Positions 1-9,199 of a DNA stretch of 64,000 bases are shown here, in pieces. The notes beneath the pieces are model-generated. The model ran no database searches, was not told the DNA's origin, and saw only the letters and a list, made by a program, of their open reading frames with translations. This DNA is from Rhodanobacter sp. (GTDB lineage: Bacteria; Pseudomonadota; Gammaproteobacteria; Xanthomonadales; Rhodanobacteraceae): NCBI GenBank assembly GCA_035566635.1, contig DATMQY010000005.1, positions 223,562-287,561 of the forward strand. Direction: 5' to 3'. Made by a program: the position numbers and the translations under genes. Each line of letters begins with the position of its first letter. Position 1 is the first letter of the stretch.

Positions 1-2
1 GC

Positions 3-1037
3 GGCTACCACCTCGTCTACTGCCTGACGGTGCTATGGGCTGCGACCGGGCTCGGCATCCACGGCCTCGAACGCGCGAAGTGGCTGCAGAACATCGGCGG
101 CATCGCGACCTGGTCGGCGGCAGCACTCATCCTCGGTGCCGGCGCGCTGGCCGCGTACCGGTTCGGTGCGGCCACGGCGATCACCACGGCGAACGTGATG
201 CCCGACTTCGGCAAGCTCGCGACCTTTTCCACCTTCACGACGATTGCCCTCGCCTTCCAGGGGCTCGAACTCGGGCTGATACTCGGTGGAGAAATCAGGG
301 ATCCCCGCCGGCAGATTCCGCGTGCCACGCTGATTTCCTGTGTCGTCATTGCAGCTATCTATATCGCCGGCACGACATCCCTGCTGATCGCGCTGCCCGC
401 GTCGACGATCGACATCATCGCCGGCATTCCCCAGGCGCTCTCCGCGATCGGAGAACGGATCGGCCTGCCGATGTTCGGCTCCCTGACCGCGGCACTTGTC
501 ACGGTCGGCACGATCGGCAGCATCTCCGCGTGGATCACGGGCACGGCGCGCCTGCCCTTCGTGGTGGGCGTCGATCGCTATCTGCCAGCCGCGCTGGGGC
601 GTCTGCACTCCAGGTACGGCACGCCCCATGTGGCCTTGATTACCCAGGGCGTTCTGACGTCGCTGGTGCTGATGGCTGCGTTGTCCGGCTCCAGCATCCA
701 CGAGGCCTATATCATTCTGGTCGACATGACCGCCATCATGTCGCTGCTGCCGCTGCTGTACATCCTGCTGGCATTTCCGCTGCTGCGTAAACGTGCCGCC
801 GGTCGCAACGAAGGCGTCAACCTGTCGCCCGGTGGAACCCTCGGCTGCTGGCTGGCCGGGCTGACCGGTTTTGCGGTCACCTTGCTGGCGATCGTCACCT
901 CGATGATTCCCCCCGCCAATAGCAGCAACCCCGGCCTGTTCCTGCTCAAGGTGGTGGGTGGCTCAGCACTGCTGATCGGCATCGGGTTGCTGTTTTACCG
1001 GCATGGCCAGCGGCAGGTCAGGCATCCCTCGCCCTGA
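3..1037 (+). CDS. APC-family amino acid permease, 5'-truncated by the window edge
   Basis: The frame is open from position 3 (GYHLVYCLTVLWAATG...). It has many hydrophobic segments and APC motifs (ALAFQGLELG...GEIRDPRR, RLPFVVGVDRYLP, HSRYGTPHVA). Confidence 0.85.
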   Translation, partial: GYHLVYCLTVLWAATGLGIHGLERAKWLQNIGGIATWSAAALILGAGALAAYRFGAATAITTANVMPDFGKLATFSTFTTIALAFQGLELGLILGGEIRDPRRQIPRATLISCVVIAAIYIAGTTSLLIALPASTIDIIAGIPQALSAIGERIGLPMFGSLTAALVTVGTIGSISAWITGTARLPFVVGVDRYLPAALGRLHSRYGTPHVALITQGVLTSLVLMAALSGSSIHEAYIILVDMTAIMSLLPLLYILLAFPLLRKRAAGRNEGVNLSPGGTLGCWLAGLTGFAVTLLAIVTSMIPPANSSNPGLFLLKVVGGSALLIGIGLLFYRHGQRQVRHPSP

Positions 1038-1436
1038 TCCTGCGCCGACAGTTCAAGGCCAGTGCGTATTGCCATTGAGCTGACCATGCATTGCCAGCGC
1101 AATGACCAAGCCCGGTAGAAGAACTGACCTGCATCTCCAACTCTGACCGGCAGCGGGCAGTCACCGCTTGCGGTGGTCAGTTGACTGCGTGCACCGGCCA
1201 GCGGTAATCACCGCTCCATCTCGGTGCATCAACGCATCGCTACTGATCACCGATCACTAACGACGATCATTGCCAAATGGCGGCTTACGACGAAGGGTCG
1301 TTTTCGACCCTAATCTGCCTGTGATAAACGGCAGCTTTGGGCGCGCGCCAACACTCTTGCCTGTTTTGACGCCAAAACGTTTGGGTATTAGCACGATCCG
1401 CAGCTGGAACATCGTACGCAGATTGAGCGGAATGCG

Positions 1437-1476
1437 TGTGTATACTTAGTACACAATATAGCGTACAGTGTACACA
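1437..1476. promoter_or_regulatory. Putative TetR autoregulatory operator (two palindromes)
   Basis: TGTGTA-N7-TACACA at 1437-1455 and GTACA-G-TGTAC at 1463-1473, immediately before the TetR ATG at 1478. Confidence 0.55.
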
Positions 1477-1477
1477 T

Positions 1478-2059
1478 ATGACTAGAGATCGTATCCTCGC
1501 CGCCGCAAGAGCCGTTCTCGACCACGATGGGGTGCCGGGACTGACTGTTCGCAAGGTCGCCTTGCGGGCCAGGCTATCGCCGATGGCCATGTACCGACAT
1601 TTCGCGGATAAGAGTGCATTGCTCGACGCCCTGATGGATGACGGCTTGGCAGCGTGGGGCGAGATCGCGTCCTCCATAACGGCCCGCCATCCGATTGCGT
1701 GGCTAGAGGAGCTGACCGAAGCGTTCCTGGATTTCGCGCTGACAAAGCCGCACCGCTTCGACGCTGCGTTCTTTCTACCCGCACCCAATGCGCGCCGATT
1801 CCCGGACGACTTCGCAGCCGGTCGCTCGCCCGTGATGGCGATGATCATCTTGCGGATCGACCAAGCCAAGTCCGACGGATGGTTGGGCAACAAACCGGCG
1901 CTCGAGGTCGCGCTGTCGCTCGCGGCTCTGGCCCAAGGCCTTGTCTCCATGCATCGCGGCAACCGTTTTTCGAGCGAAGAACAATTCAAAACCATTTTTC
2001 GCACGGCGCTGCGTCACTGCCTCGAATCCTATTCAGTCAAACCTCTTGGGAGAGAATGA
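1478..2059 (+). CDS. TetR/AcrR-family transcriptional regulator
   Basis: N-terminal HTH (RILAAARAVLDHDGVPGLTVRKVALRARLSPMAMYRHFADK). The stop overlaps the next start (ATGA). Confidence 0.9.
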   Translation: MTRDRILAAARAVLDHDGVPGLTVRKVALRARLSPMAMYRHFADKSALLDALMDDGLAAWGEIASSITARHPIAWLEELTEAFLDFALTKPHRFDAAFFLPAPNARRFPDDFAAGRSPVMAMIILRIDQAKSDGWLGNKPALEVALSLAALAQGLVSMHRGNRFSSEEQFKTIFRTALRHCLESYSVKPLGRE

Positions 2060-3393
2060 TGATCACCGTATTGACCGGGCTGCGGAGCGCGCGATATCAA
2101 ATCGGTGCGTTGTTTTGTTTGGCGCTGATCGGGCTGGTCGTTGGATCAACTCCCACGGCGGACGCGGTCGCCCGAGAGCAGAAAGGGCTTCCAGCCTCGG
2201 CAGAGCTTGCGATCGTGGGTGCGAAAATCTACCCGGCACCAGACGCTACGCCGATCGATGACGGCGTTGTCCTCGTGCGCGATGGTCGGATCGCGCGAGT
2301 GGGCTCGCGCCAGAGCATTACGGTTCCTCGAACCGCCCATGTGATCGACGCCCACGGCTCGGTGCTGACGGCGGGCTTCTGGAACAGTCACGTCCACCTG
2401 ATGACGCCGGATCTTCTTGGTGCAACCGCGGCGAAAGCCGGCACATTGCAAGACGCCCTGGAGACTATGCTCACCCGCTGGGGCTTCACTACTGTCTTCG
2501 ACATCGCCTCATCAACCGACAACGCGATCGCGTTACGGCACCGCGTGGAAGCGGGCGAGATCGCAGGTCCCATGATCCTGACGGTCGGCGATCCTTTTTA
2601 CCCCAAGGACGGGACGCCGATCTACGTGCGCGAATACCTGCGGGCACATGGCGCGCCCGATGAGGAGGTCTCGACCCCTGAGGAGGCCGCCGCCCGTGCC
2701 GCTCGCCAACTCGATCGCGGAACCGATGGCGTGAAAATCTTCGCCGGCGCGATCGTTGGCGGGAAAATCGGTGTTTTGCCGATGCGGATCGATATCGCCA
2801 AGGCGATCGTCGACGAAGCGCACCGCCGTGGGAAGCCCGCTTTCGCTCACCCCTCCAACCTCGCCGGGCTGAATGTGGCGATTGACTCCGGAGTCGATAT
2901 CCTGGCCCACACCACCGCAATGGACGGAGGCGGACCCGGAGGGTGGCCGCCGGAGTTGATCGCTCGGCTGCGCGCACACAACATGGCTCTCATTCCAACC
3001 ATGACGTTGTTCGGTGTCGAGGCGAAGAAGTTCCACGAAAGTCCCAATGACCTCGCGAACGCTATTACGGTCATCACGGCAGAGGTCAAAGACTACGCTA
3101 GCGCCGGCGGCCAGATACTGTTCGGTACCGACGTCGGTTATACCGACGTCTTCGACACTACCGAGGAGTACAAGCTGATGTCGGTCGCCCTTGACTGGCG
3201 CGCAATCCTAACCTCGCTCACCACTGCGCCGGCCGCGCGATTCGGTTTCACCGCGCACAAGGGTCGAATTGCGAATGGCATGGATGCCGACTTAGTGCTG
3301 CTGAACGGCGATCCCGCCAAGGACCCGACTGCCTTCGCCCGCGTGCGCGACACGATCCGGGCGGGGCGTGTGATCTGGGGGGCGGATCGATAG
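2056..3393 (+). CDS. Amidohydrolase superfamily protein with signal-like N-terminus
   Basis: Metal-ligand pattern NSHVH, GVKIFAG, FAHP, LAHT, GTDVG and the C-terminal GRIANGMDADLVLL. Start reassigned to the ATG overlapping the TetR stop. Confidence 0.88.
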   Translation: MMITVLTGLRSARYQIGALFCLALIGLVVGSTPTADAVAREQKGLPASAELAIVGAKIYPAPDATPIDDGVVLVRDGRIARVGSRQSITVPRTAHVIDAHGSVLTAGFWNSHVHLMTPDLLGATAAKAGTLQDALETMLTRWGFTTVFDIASSTDNAIALRHRVEAGEIAGPMILTVGDPFYPKDGTPIYVREYLRAHGAPDEEVSTPEEAAARAARQLDRGTDGVKIFAGAIVGGKIGVLPMRIDIAKAIVDEAHRRGKPAFAHPSNLAGLNVAIDSGVDILAHTTAMDGGGPGGWPPELIARLRAHNMALIPTMTLFGVEAKKFHESPNDLANAITVITAEVKDYASAGGQILFGTDVGYTDVFDTTEEYKLMSVALDWRAILTSLTTAPAARFGFTAHKGRIANGMDADLVLLNGDPAKDPTAFARVRDTIRAGRVIWGADR

Positions 3394-3707
3394 AGATGAG
3401 CGTTAAGCCGATTCCGGAGAAAGACCCGTCAATCGTCAAATGTATCAGCGAATCGACTCGACATCCTCCGTGGGCTCGGGCGTCCTCGTGGGCTCGCTTG
3501 ATCGGCACCCTGACCGCCTGAACGCCCGCAATGCGGCGACCACATTCCGCCCCCAGCTTCCACTTCTGGCCGATAACAGCCAGTTGAGCCGAGAGCGATC
3601 AATGCAATCGCGGCAGCGCTAATCACAAACTGCCGGCGCTGGACAACAGAGGTGGCGAAACTGGTCAGTTGGCTGGCGTTTTGCACCAGCGCAACCAACG
3701 TGATGGA

Positions 3708-4907
3708 TCAATCCAGCCGAACCATCACCACGCCATGGGACGGCACCTCCGCGGAGAAACTGCCCTTGGCGCCGGGCAAGTCCTTGTGAGTCCACAAGTC
3801 GCGCACCTTCAGGCTCAACGATGAAGGAAGGTGCAAGTCATCCCACGTTATCGTGACCGGGTGGCTGGCCTTGCTGCGATTCAGCAGAACGACGGCGCGA
3901 CCGCCACCTTTCAGGGGCCGGGCCCAGACCTCGTAGTCGCCATGTTTGGCCACGCGACTCGCCTGCACGCCGAGCGGATCCTGATCGATGGCGATCACGT
4001 CCTTGTTGGTCAGGATGGTCTTGATGTCCGGCGTCATCGTGGCGAGATCGTTGCCGGCCATCAAGGGTGCCGCCAGCACCGCCCACAAGCTGAAGTGCGA
4101 CTTGTATTCCTCGATCGTCATCTTGCCGTTGCCGACTTCCAGCATGTCCGGGTCGTTCCAATGACCGGGGCCGGCATAGCTCTCGAGTCCCACCTGCAGG
4201 TCGAGGATGTCCATCACGCTGTGCTCGTAGCTGTGCCTGCCCTGCCAGTGGTCGTAGATGTCGTCGGTCGTGCGCCACAGATTACCGATCGTATTGCCCC
4301 ACAGCCACGGTTTGCTCAGACCCCATTCGCAGATGCTGAAGACGATGGGCCGCCCGGAGGCGCGCAAGGCGTCGCTCATCGTCTCGTAGGTGGATTTGGC
4401 GTCCTGGCTGTAGGTCGAGCACCAGTCGTATTTGAGATAGTCGACACCCCAGGACGCATAGGTGCGTGCATCCTGATACTCATGCCCCAGGCTGCCCGGG
4501 CGCTTGCCGCAGGTCAATTTGCCTGCATCCGAATAAATGCCGAACTTCAGACCCCGGGAGTGAATGTAGTCGCCCAGTGCTTTCATGCCGGCGGGAAAAC
4601 GTTCGGGATCGGCGACGATTTGTCCCTTGGCGTCACGCCCGCTCTGCCAGCAATCGTCGATGACGATGTACTCGTAGCCGGCGTCCTTCATGCCGGAGCT
4701 GACCATGGTGTCGGCAGCCTGACGAATCACCGTCTCGTTGATCGTGCAACCGAACTTGTTCCAGGTGTTCCAGCCCATCGGCGGAGTCAAGGCGAGGCCG
4801 TTGGACTGCCGGGGCGGTTGCGGTGCAGAGCCCTCGGCCTTGACCGCAGCGGCATGCATGAATCCGAGAGCCAGTAGGCCGATCAGAAAACCGGAGATCC
4901 GCTTCAT
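3708..4907 (-). CDS. GH27 alpha-galactosidase (copy B), secreted
   Basis: LALTPPMGWN, IDDCW, YLKYDWC (nucleophile), WRTTDDI (acid/base), WNDPDMLEVGN. Signal peptide MKRISGFLIGLLALGFMHAAAVKA. Confidence 0.93.
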   Translation of the reverse strand: MKRISGFLIGLLALGFMHAAAVKAEGSAPQPPRQSNGLALTPPMGWNTWNKFGCTINETVIRQAADTMVSSGMKDAGYEYIVIDDCWQSGRDAKGQIVADPERFPAGMKALGDYIHSRGLKFGIYSDAGKLTCGKRPGSLGHEYQDARTYASWGVDYLKYDWCSTYSQDAKSTYETMSDALRASGRPIVFSICEWGLSKPWLWGNTIGNLWRTTDDIYDHWQGRHSYEHSVMDILDLQVGLESYAGPGHWNDPDMLEVGNGKMTIEEYKSHFSLWAVLAAPLMAGNDLATMTPDIKTILTNKDVIAIDQDPLGVQASRVAKHGDYEVWARPLKGGGRAVVLLNRSKASHPVTITWDDLHLPSSLSLKVRDLWTHKDLPGAKGSFSAEVPSHGVVMVRLD

Positions 4908-4977
4908 GGAGAGTCTTTCCAATAAGTGAGATGGATGGAGTCGCCGACTGTATGCAGCAGGCGACCTCAAGAAGAGA

Positions 4978-6180
4978 TCAGGCCTCGACGCGGATCATCA
5001 CCACGCCGTGCGGCGGCACATCGGCGGCGAAGCTTCCCTTCGTCCTGGACAGGTTCTTGTGGTCCCACAGGTTGCGCACGCTCAACCCCAGCGATGCCGG
5101 GTAACCCAGCGCCTCCCAGGTCACGCCGATCCGGTGGGTTTCCTTGCTGCGATTGAACAGTACGATCGCGCGACCACCGCCTTCCAGCGGTTTGACCCAG
5201 ACTTCGTCGTCACCGTTCTTGACGATGCGGCTGCCCTGGACGCCCAACGCATCCTGGTCGACGGCGATCACTTCCTTGTTGGTGAGGATCGACTTGGTTT
5301 CCTTGCTCATGTGCGCCAGATCGTTTCCGGCGATCAGTGGCGCGGCCAGTACGGCCCACAGACTGAAGTGCGATTTGTATTCCTCGAAGGTCATGCCGCC
5401 GTTGCCGACTTCCAGCATGTCCGGATCGTTCCAATGGCCGGGGCCAGCGTGGCTCTCGAGTCCCACCTGCATGTCCAGGATGTTGGTCATGCCGTTTTCG
5501 TGACCGTCACGGCTCTCCCAACCGTCGTAGATGTCGCCCGACATGCGCCATAGATTGCCGATCGTCTCGCCCCACAACCAGGGCTTGCTCTGACCCCATT
5601 CACAGAGGCTGAAGACGATGGGCCGCCCCGAGGCTCGCAAGGCGTCGCTCATGGTCTCGTAGCTTGACTTGGCGTCCTGGCTACCGGTCGAACACCAGTC
5701 GTACTTCAGGTAGTCGACACCCCAGGCGGCATATTGGCGAGCGTCCTGGTACTCAAAGCCACGGCTGCCTGGACGGCCCGCACAGGTCTTCTTTCCTGCA
5801 TCGGAATAGATGCCGAACTTCAAGCCCTTGCCGTGGATGTAATCCGCCAGCGCCTTGATACCCGAAGGAAAGCGTTTGGAATCCGCCTGGATGTCGCCGT
5901 TGATGTCGCGCTCGCCGTGCCAGCAGTCGTCGATGACCACGTATTGATAACCGGCATCCTTCATCCCCGAGCTGACCATCGCGTCCGCCGCTGCGCGGAT
6001 GACGCTTTCGTTGATGTCGCAACCGAATTTGTTCCACGAGTTCCAACCCATCGGCGGTGTCAGAGCCAGTCCGTTGGACTGCCGGGGCGGCTGTGGGGGC
6101 GCTGCTTCCGCGCTTGCGGACGAGGCCATGAAGGTCAGGCCGAACACCAACATAGACAAAGCCAGGGCGAACCGTTTCAT
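4978..6180 (-). CDS. GH27 alpha-galactosidase (copy A), secreted
   Basis: Same GH27 motifs (YLKYDWC, WRMSGDI, WNDPDMLEVGN). GGAGG RBS before MKRFALALSML..., which is a signal peptide. Confidence 0.93.
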   Translation of the reverse strand: MKRFALALSMLVFGLTFMASSASAEAAPPQPPRQSNGLALTPPMGWNSWNKFGCDINESVIRAAADAMVSSGMKDAGYQYVVIDDCWHGERDINGDIQADSKRFPSGIKALADYIHGKGLKFGIYSDAGKKTCAGRPGSRGFEYQDARQYAAWGVDYLKYDWCSTGSQDAKSSYETMSDALRASGRPIVFSLCEWGQSKPWLWGETIGNLWRMSGDIYDGWESRDGHENGMTNILDMQVGLESHAGPGHWNDPDMLEVGNGGMTFEEYKSHFSLWAVLAAPLIAGNDLAHMSKETKSILTNKEVIAVDQDALGVQGSRIVKNGDDEVWVKPLEGGGRAIVLFNRSKETHRIGVTWEALGYPASLGLSVRNLWDHKNLSRTKGSFAADVPPHGVVMIRVEA

Positions 6181-6274
6181 CAAGTTTTCCTCCATTGAGA
6201 TCGTCTGGCCTGTACTGGCCGGACCAAGGGACTGCCTGGCGTTGCCATGGCTTTCCTGCAGTCCATGACATTTG

Positions 6275-6292
6275 TATGATAATACGATCATA
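6275..6292. promoter_or_regulatory. Palindromic operator between divergent GH27 and galM genes
   Basis: Perfect TATGAT-N6-ATCATA in the only AT-rich patch of the divergent intergenic region. Confidence 0.5.
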
Positions 6293-6293
6293 T

Positions 6294-7325
6294 ATGACGA
6301 GTTACCGCAAGGTCGAACGCGTGCGAATCAACGGAAGCTGCGAAGGACACCTTGTTCAAGAGATCGCACTCGGCAAGCCCGGAGGACTGAGAGCCACCGT
6401 CATCACCTGGGGTGCGACGCTCAAAAGCCTGAGCATGCCCTTGCAGGACGGCCGACATCAGGATGTGGTCCTCGGACTGGACCATCTCGACGAATATCGC
6501 GCCCATGGGGCGCACATGGGCGCGATCGCCGGACGAGTCGCCAATCGCATCGGTGGCGGATCGTTCAAGCTGGAGGGCGACGTCTACAGCCTGCCCCGAA
6601 ACGATCGAGGTCGATGCACTTTGCACGGCGGCGACGGCGGCTTCGGCCAACGGCCCTGGCGATTGCTGAGCCATGACCAAACCCAGGTCACGCTCACCCT
6701 GACCTCCCCCGACGGTGACTTGGGGTTTCCCGGTGCCGTATCGGTCGTCTGCACTTATCGTCTGCTCACGCCGTCCATTCTTCGCATGGAGATCTGCGCG
6801 GAAGCCGATGCGCCAACCCCGCTGAACCTGGCGACGCACAGTTACTTCAATCTCGATGGCAGCCCGACGATCGACGGCCACCTGTTGACCATCAACGCCG
6901 CGTCCTACACACCGGTCGACGCGGACCTCGTTCCGACGGGAGAAATCAGATCCCTCGACGGAACGCCTTACGATTTCCGCCACCCGCGCGCAGTGGGTGC
7001 CGAAGTTTTTGACATCAACTATGCGCTTGAGCCACGAGCGCGAGTTCGCTCGTCGCCTGCTCATGCCGCCAGCCTGATGAGCCCCACAAACGGCGTTGCC
7101 CTCGAGATCTGGACGACAGAACCAGCGCTGCAGTTCTACGACGGGCAAGGCTTGAATGCCGGACGCTTCGGTCCACGCGCCGGGCTATGTCTCGAGCCGC
7201 AGGGCTTTCCCGACGCCCCCAATCAGCCAGGTTTTCCGAGCATCATCCTGCAACCGGGGATGCCATACCGCCAGGTGACCGAGTACCGGTTGAGCCTGGG
7301 CGAACCATCCGCTCCGTCCTGTTAA
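6294..7325 (+). CDS. galM: Aldose 1-epimerase (galactose mutarotase)
   Basis: GAIAGRVANRI, TLHGG, NLATHSYFNL and CLEPQGFPDAPN motifs. Start codon uncertain. Confidence 0.88.
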   Translation: MTSYRKVERVRINGSCEGHLVQEIALGKPGGLRATVITWGATLKSLSMPLQDGRHQDVVLGLDHLDEYRAHGAHMGAIAGRVANRIGGGSFKLEGDVYSLPRNDRGRCTLHGGDGGFGQRPWRLLSHDQTQVTLTLTSPDGDLGFPGAVSVVCTYRLLTPSILRMEICAEADAPTPLNLATHSYFNLDGSPTIDGHLLTINAASYTPVDADLVPTGEIRSLDGTPYDFRHPRAVGAEVFDINYALEPRARVRSSPAHAASLMSPTNGVALEIWTTEPALQFYDGQGLNAGRFGPRAGLCLEPQGFPDAPNQPGFPSIILQPGMPYRQVTEYRLSLGEPSAPSC

Positions 7326-7574
7326 ACATTTCCCGGATATCCGGCCTGAAAAGCATAAACCCCCGATTGCTCAGGAGGTTTATGGGCAAAAAGGCAACAC
7401 TCTCGGTCTAAGGTGCGGGCTAGAACCGTTGTATAAACATCTCGGATCGAAAGCGGTCATCGTGATGTCCTCCTTCAGATATCTCTCGATCGACCTTCTG
7501 CAGCCTTCGCACCGCGATGGCTACAGAAGGTCGCTAACACGCGAGGATGCCCCCAACGCCAAACCGCCCCGGTA

Positions 7575-8339
7575 TCAGTGACTATGCATGCCGGCAGGCG
7601 TTCCGTCGGACCAATTTCCGACCCCGACCAAGAACACGAGAATGGGCGGCAAATCTTTCATCTGGGGTTGTTGGTCCGAATAGGAGAACCAATAAGGACT
7701 GGACATAACCGGTGAGCCCTCTGCGCCGGAACCCCAATCCTTACCGTCTTTGACCAGGGTGTCGAACATGAGATGAGGCATGTTGTGGTCCCCTTCGTCG
7801 GTCAGATACGACGATTTCGACAGCATGTAATCCATGGCGCCGCTTTCGAGGTCCGGCAGTTGTTTATTCTTGTACGCGGTGTGGAGTGCCGACAGCATCT
7901 CCGCCTTGGAACTACCCGCCATCGCCATTTTGGCGCGCAGATTGAAGATGGGGATTATCGAACGTGCGGCTTGGGGGTTCAGACAATCGGCAGCCCTTAT
8001 TTTCGGGTTCCAGAATTCGGGCCAGTCAAACGGCCCTCCCCAACTTCTACCCACCACGCAGACAAACCCGTTCTTGCCTTCGACCGCTTTCTCGTAGCCC
8101 TTGCGTCCCAGAACCAGGACCGTAGCGTCACGGGAAATGGAGTCCGGCGCCGCACTGCGCGCCAGGGCTATCTCGGCTTCCCGGTTCGCCATGAGGTATT
8201 GGTCGACCGGGGCCATCTTCGGATAAGACGGCGCCACACCAGGTTTCTGCATATCCTGCGACACCGCTTGCTGCGATGCGCCGAACATCGCTAGTAGTAC
8301 AAGGCTCATGACTTCGATGGCGCGTTTCGCTTTTTGCAT
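7575..8339 (-). CDS. Secreted hypothetical protein
   Basis: 254-aa ORF with GGAGG RBS and signal-like N-terminus. No family recognised with confidence. Confidence 0.75.
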   Translation of the reverse strand: MQKAKRAIEVMSLVLLAMFGASQQAVSQDMQKPGVAPSYPKMAPVDQYLMANREAEIALARSAAPDSISRDATVLVLGRKGYEKAVEGKNGFVCVVGRSWGGPFDWPEFWNPKIRAADCLNPQAARSIIPIFNLRAKMAMAGSSKAEMLSALHTAYKNKQLPDLESGAMDYMLSKSSYLTDEGDHNMPHLMFDTLVKDGKDWGSGAEGSPVMSSPYWFSYSDQQPQMKDLPPILVFLVGVGNWSDGTPAGMHSH

Positions 8340-8622
8340 GGGATTCCTCCTGACAACGGGTACGTTTCAGTCAGCCCGTGATAGGCGCTGATTGGCTGCT
8401 TTCACGATGTCGACGAATGGCCGAACCGGAATTCGACAAGTCATCGGAAAAATTTGGCTGTGTCCGCATCGAGCATGGATTGACTCAAGCGGCGATAGCC
8501 AAATTGCTTTCGGAGGGGTCAGAACGCGGGTTCGCGCGTGCCGTGAAATCCCGAACCTCGGGGCCGAAGGTCGGATGAACTACAACGCTCGACTCGAGTG
8601 TTGAACAACATTGTTGAAAAAG

Positions 8623-8649
8623 AAAAAGCCCTCGAAATGAGGGCTTTTT
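8623..8649 (-). terminator. Rho-independent terminator of ssb (bidirectional form)
   Basis: AAAAAGCCCTC-gaaat-GAGGGCTTTTT just downstream of the ssb stop. Confidence 0.85.
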
Positions 8650-8683
8650 CAGGTCTTTCTCTACAGTTTGTAGAGATATGTTT

Positions 8684-9199
8684 CTAGAACGGAATCTCGT
8701 CATCCGCGAAACCGCTGTCAGCCGGCGGTGGCGCCTGCCGTTGCTGGCTGCCCTGCTCGCTGCCGCCACGCGACTGGCCACCGTAATTGCCGCCACCTTG
8801 CTGGCGCTGACCACCGCCCTGCGGGCGCTCACGTGGGGAACCGCCGCCGCCCTCGGCGCCGCCGACGCCTCCCAACATCTGCATGTCGCTGGCGATGATG
8901 TCGGTCGAGTACTTTTCGACGCCACTCTTATCGGTGTACTTGTCAGTGCGCAACGAGCCTTCGATATAGACCTGCCGACCCTTCTTCAGGTATTCGCCAG
9001 CGATCTCGGCCAGCTTGCCGAACATCTTCACGCGGTGCCACTCGGTGCGTTCCTGCTTCTCGCCGCTCTGCTTGTCGGTCCAGCTTTCCGACGTGGCGAT
9101 GCTCAGCGAGGCGATCGCGGTACCGCTGGTGGTGTAACGCACCTCAGGATCGTTGCCGAGGTTGCCGACCAGAATCACTTTGTTGATGCCACGTGCCAT
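8684..9199 (-). CDS. ssb: Single-stranded DNA-binding protein
   Basis: [27 protein letters not shown], Gly/Gln-rich linker and the acidic DDEIPF tail. Confidence 0.98.
   Translation of the reverse strand: MARGINKVILVGNLGNDPEVRYTTSGTAIASLSIATSESWTDKQSGEKQERTEWHRVKMFGKLAEIAGEYLKKGRQVYIEGSLRTDKYTDKSGVEKYSTDIIASDMQMLGGVGGAEGGGGSPRERPQGGGQRQQGGGNYGGQSRGGSEQGSQQRQAPPPADSGFADDEIPF

Noticed and set aside
1654-2055. Long N-terminal extension of the amidohydrolase ORF
   Set aside because: It overlaps the TetR gene in another frame; the ATGA-coupled start at 2056 explains the gene better.
3470-3498. Short direct repeat TCC(T)CCGTGGGCTCG / TCCTCGTGGGCTCG
   Set aside because: Only two copies and no spacer structure; not a CRISPR or cassette array.
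3429-3698. 89-aa minus-strand ORF with RRQF and an LGSTGC lipobox-like motif
   Set aside because: No convincing RBS or start, a low-complexity C-terminal half, and it spans one of the boundary motifs. It could be a gene remnant but cannot be supported.
8590-8620. Possible dif/Xer or IS end (TTGAACAACATTGTTGAAAAAG)
   Set aside because: It does not match the XerC/XerD 11-6-11 consensus, and there is no partner IR or transposase in the window.
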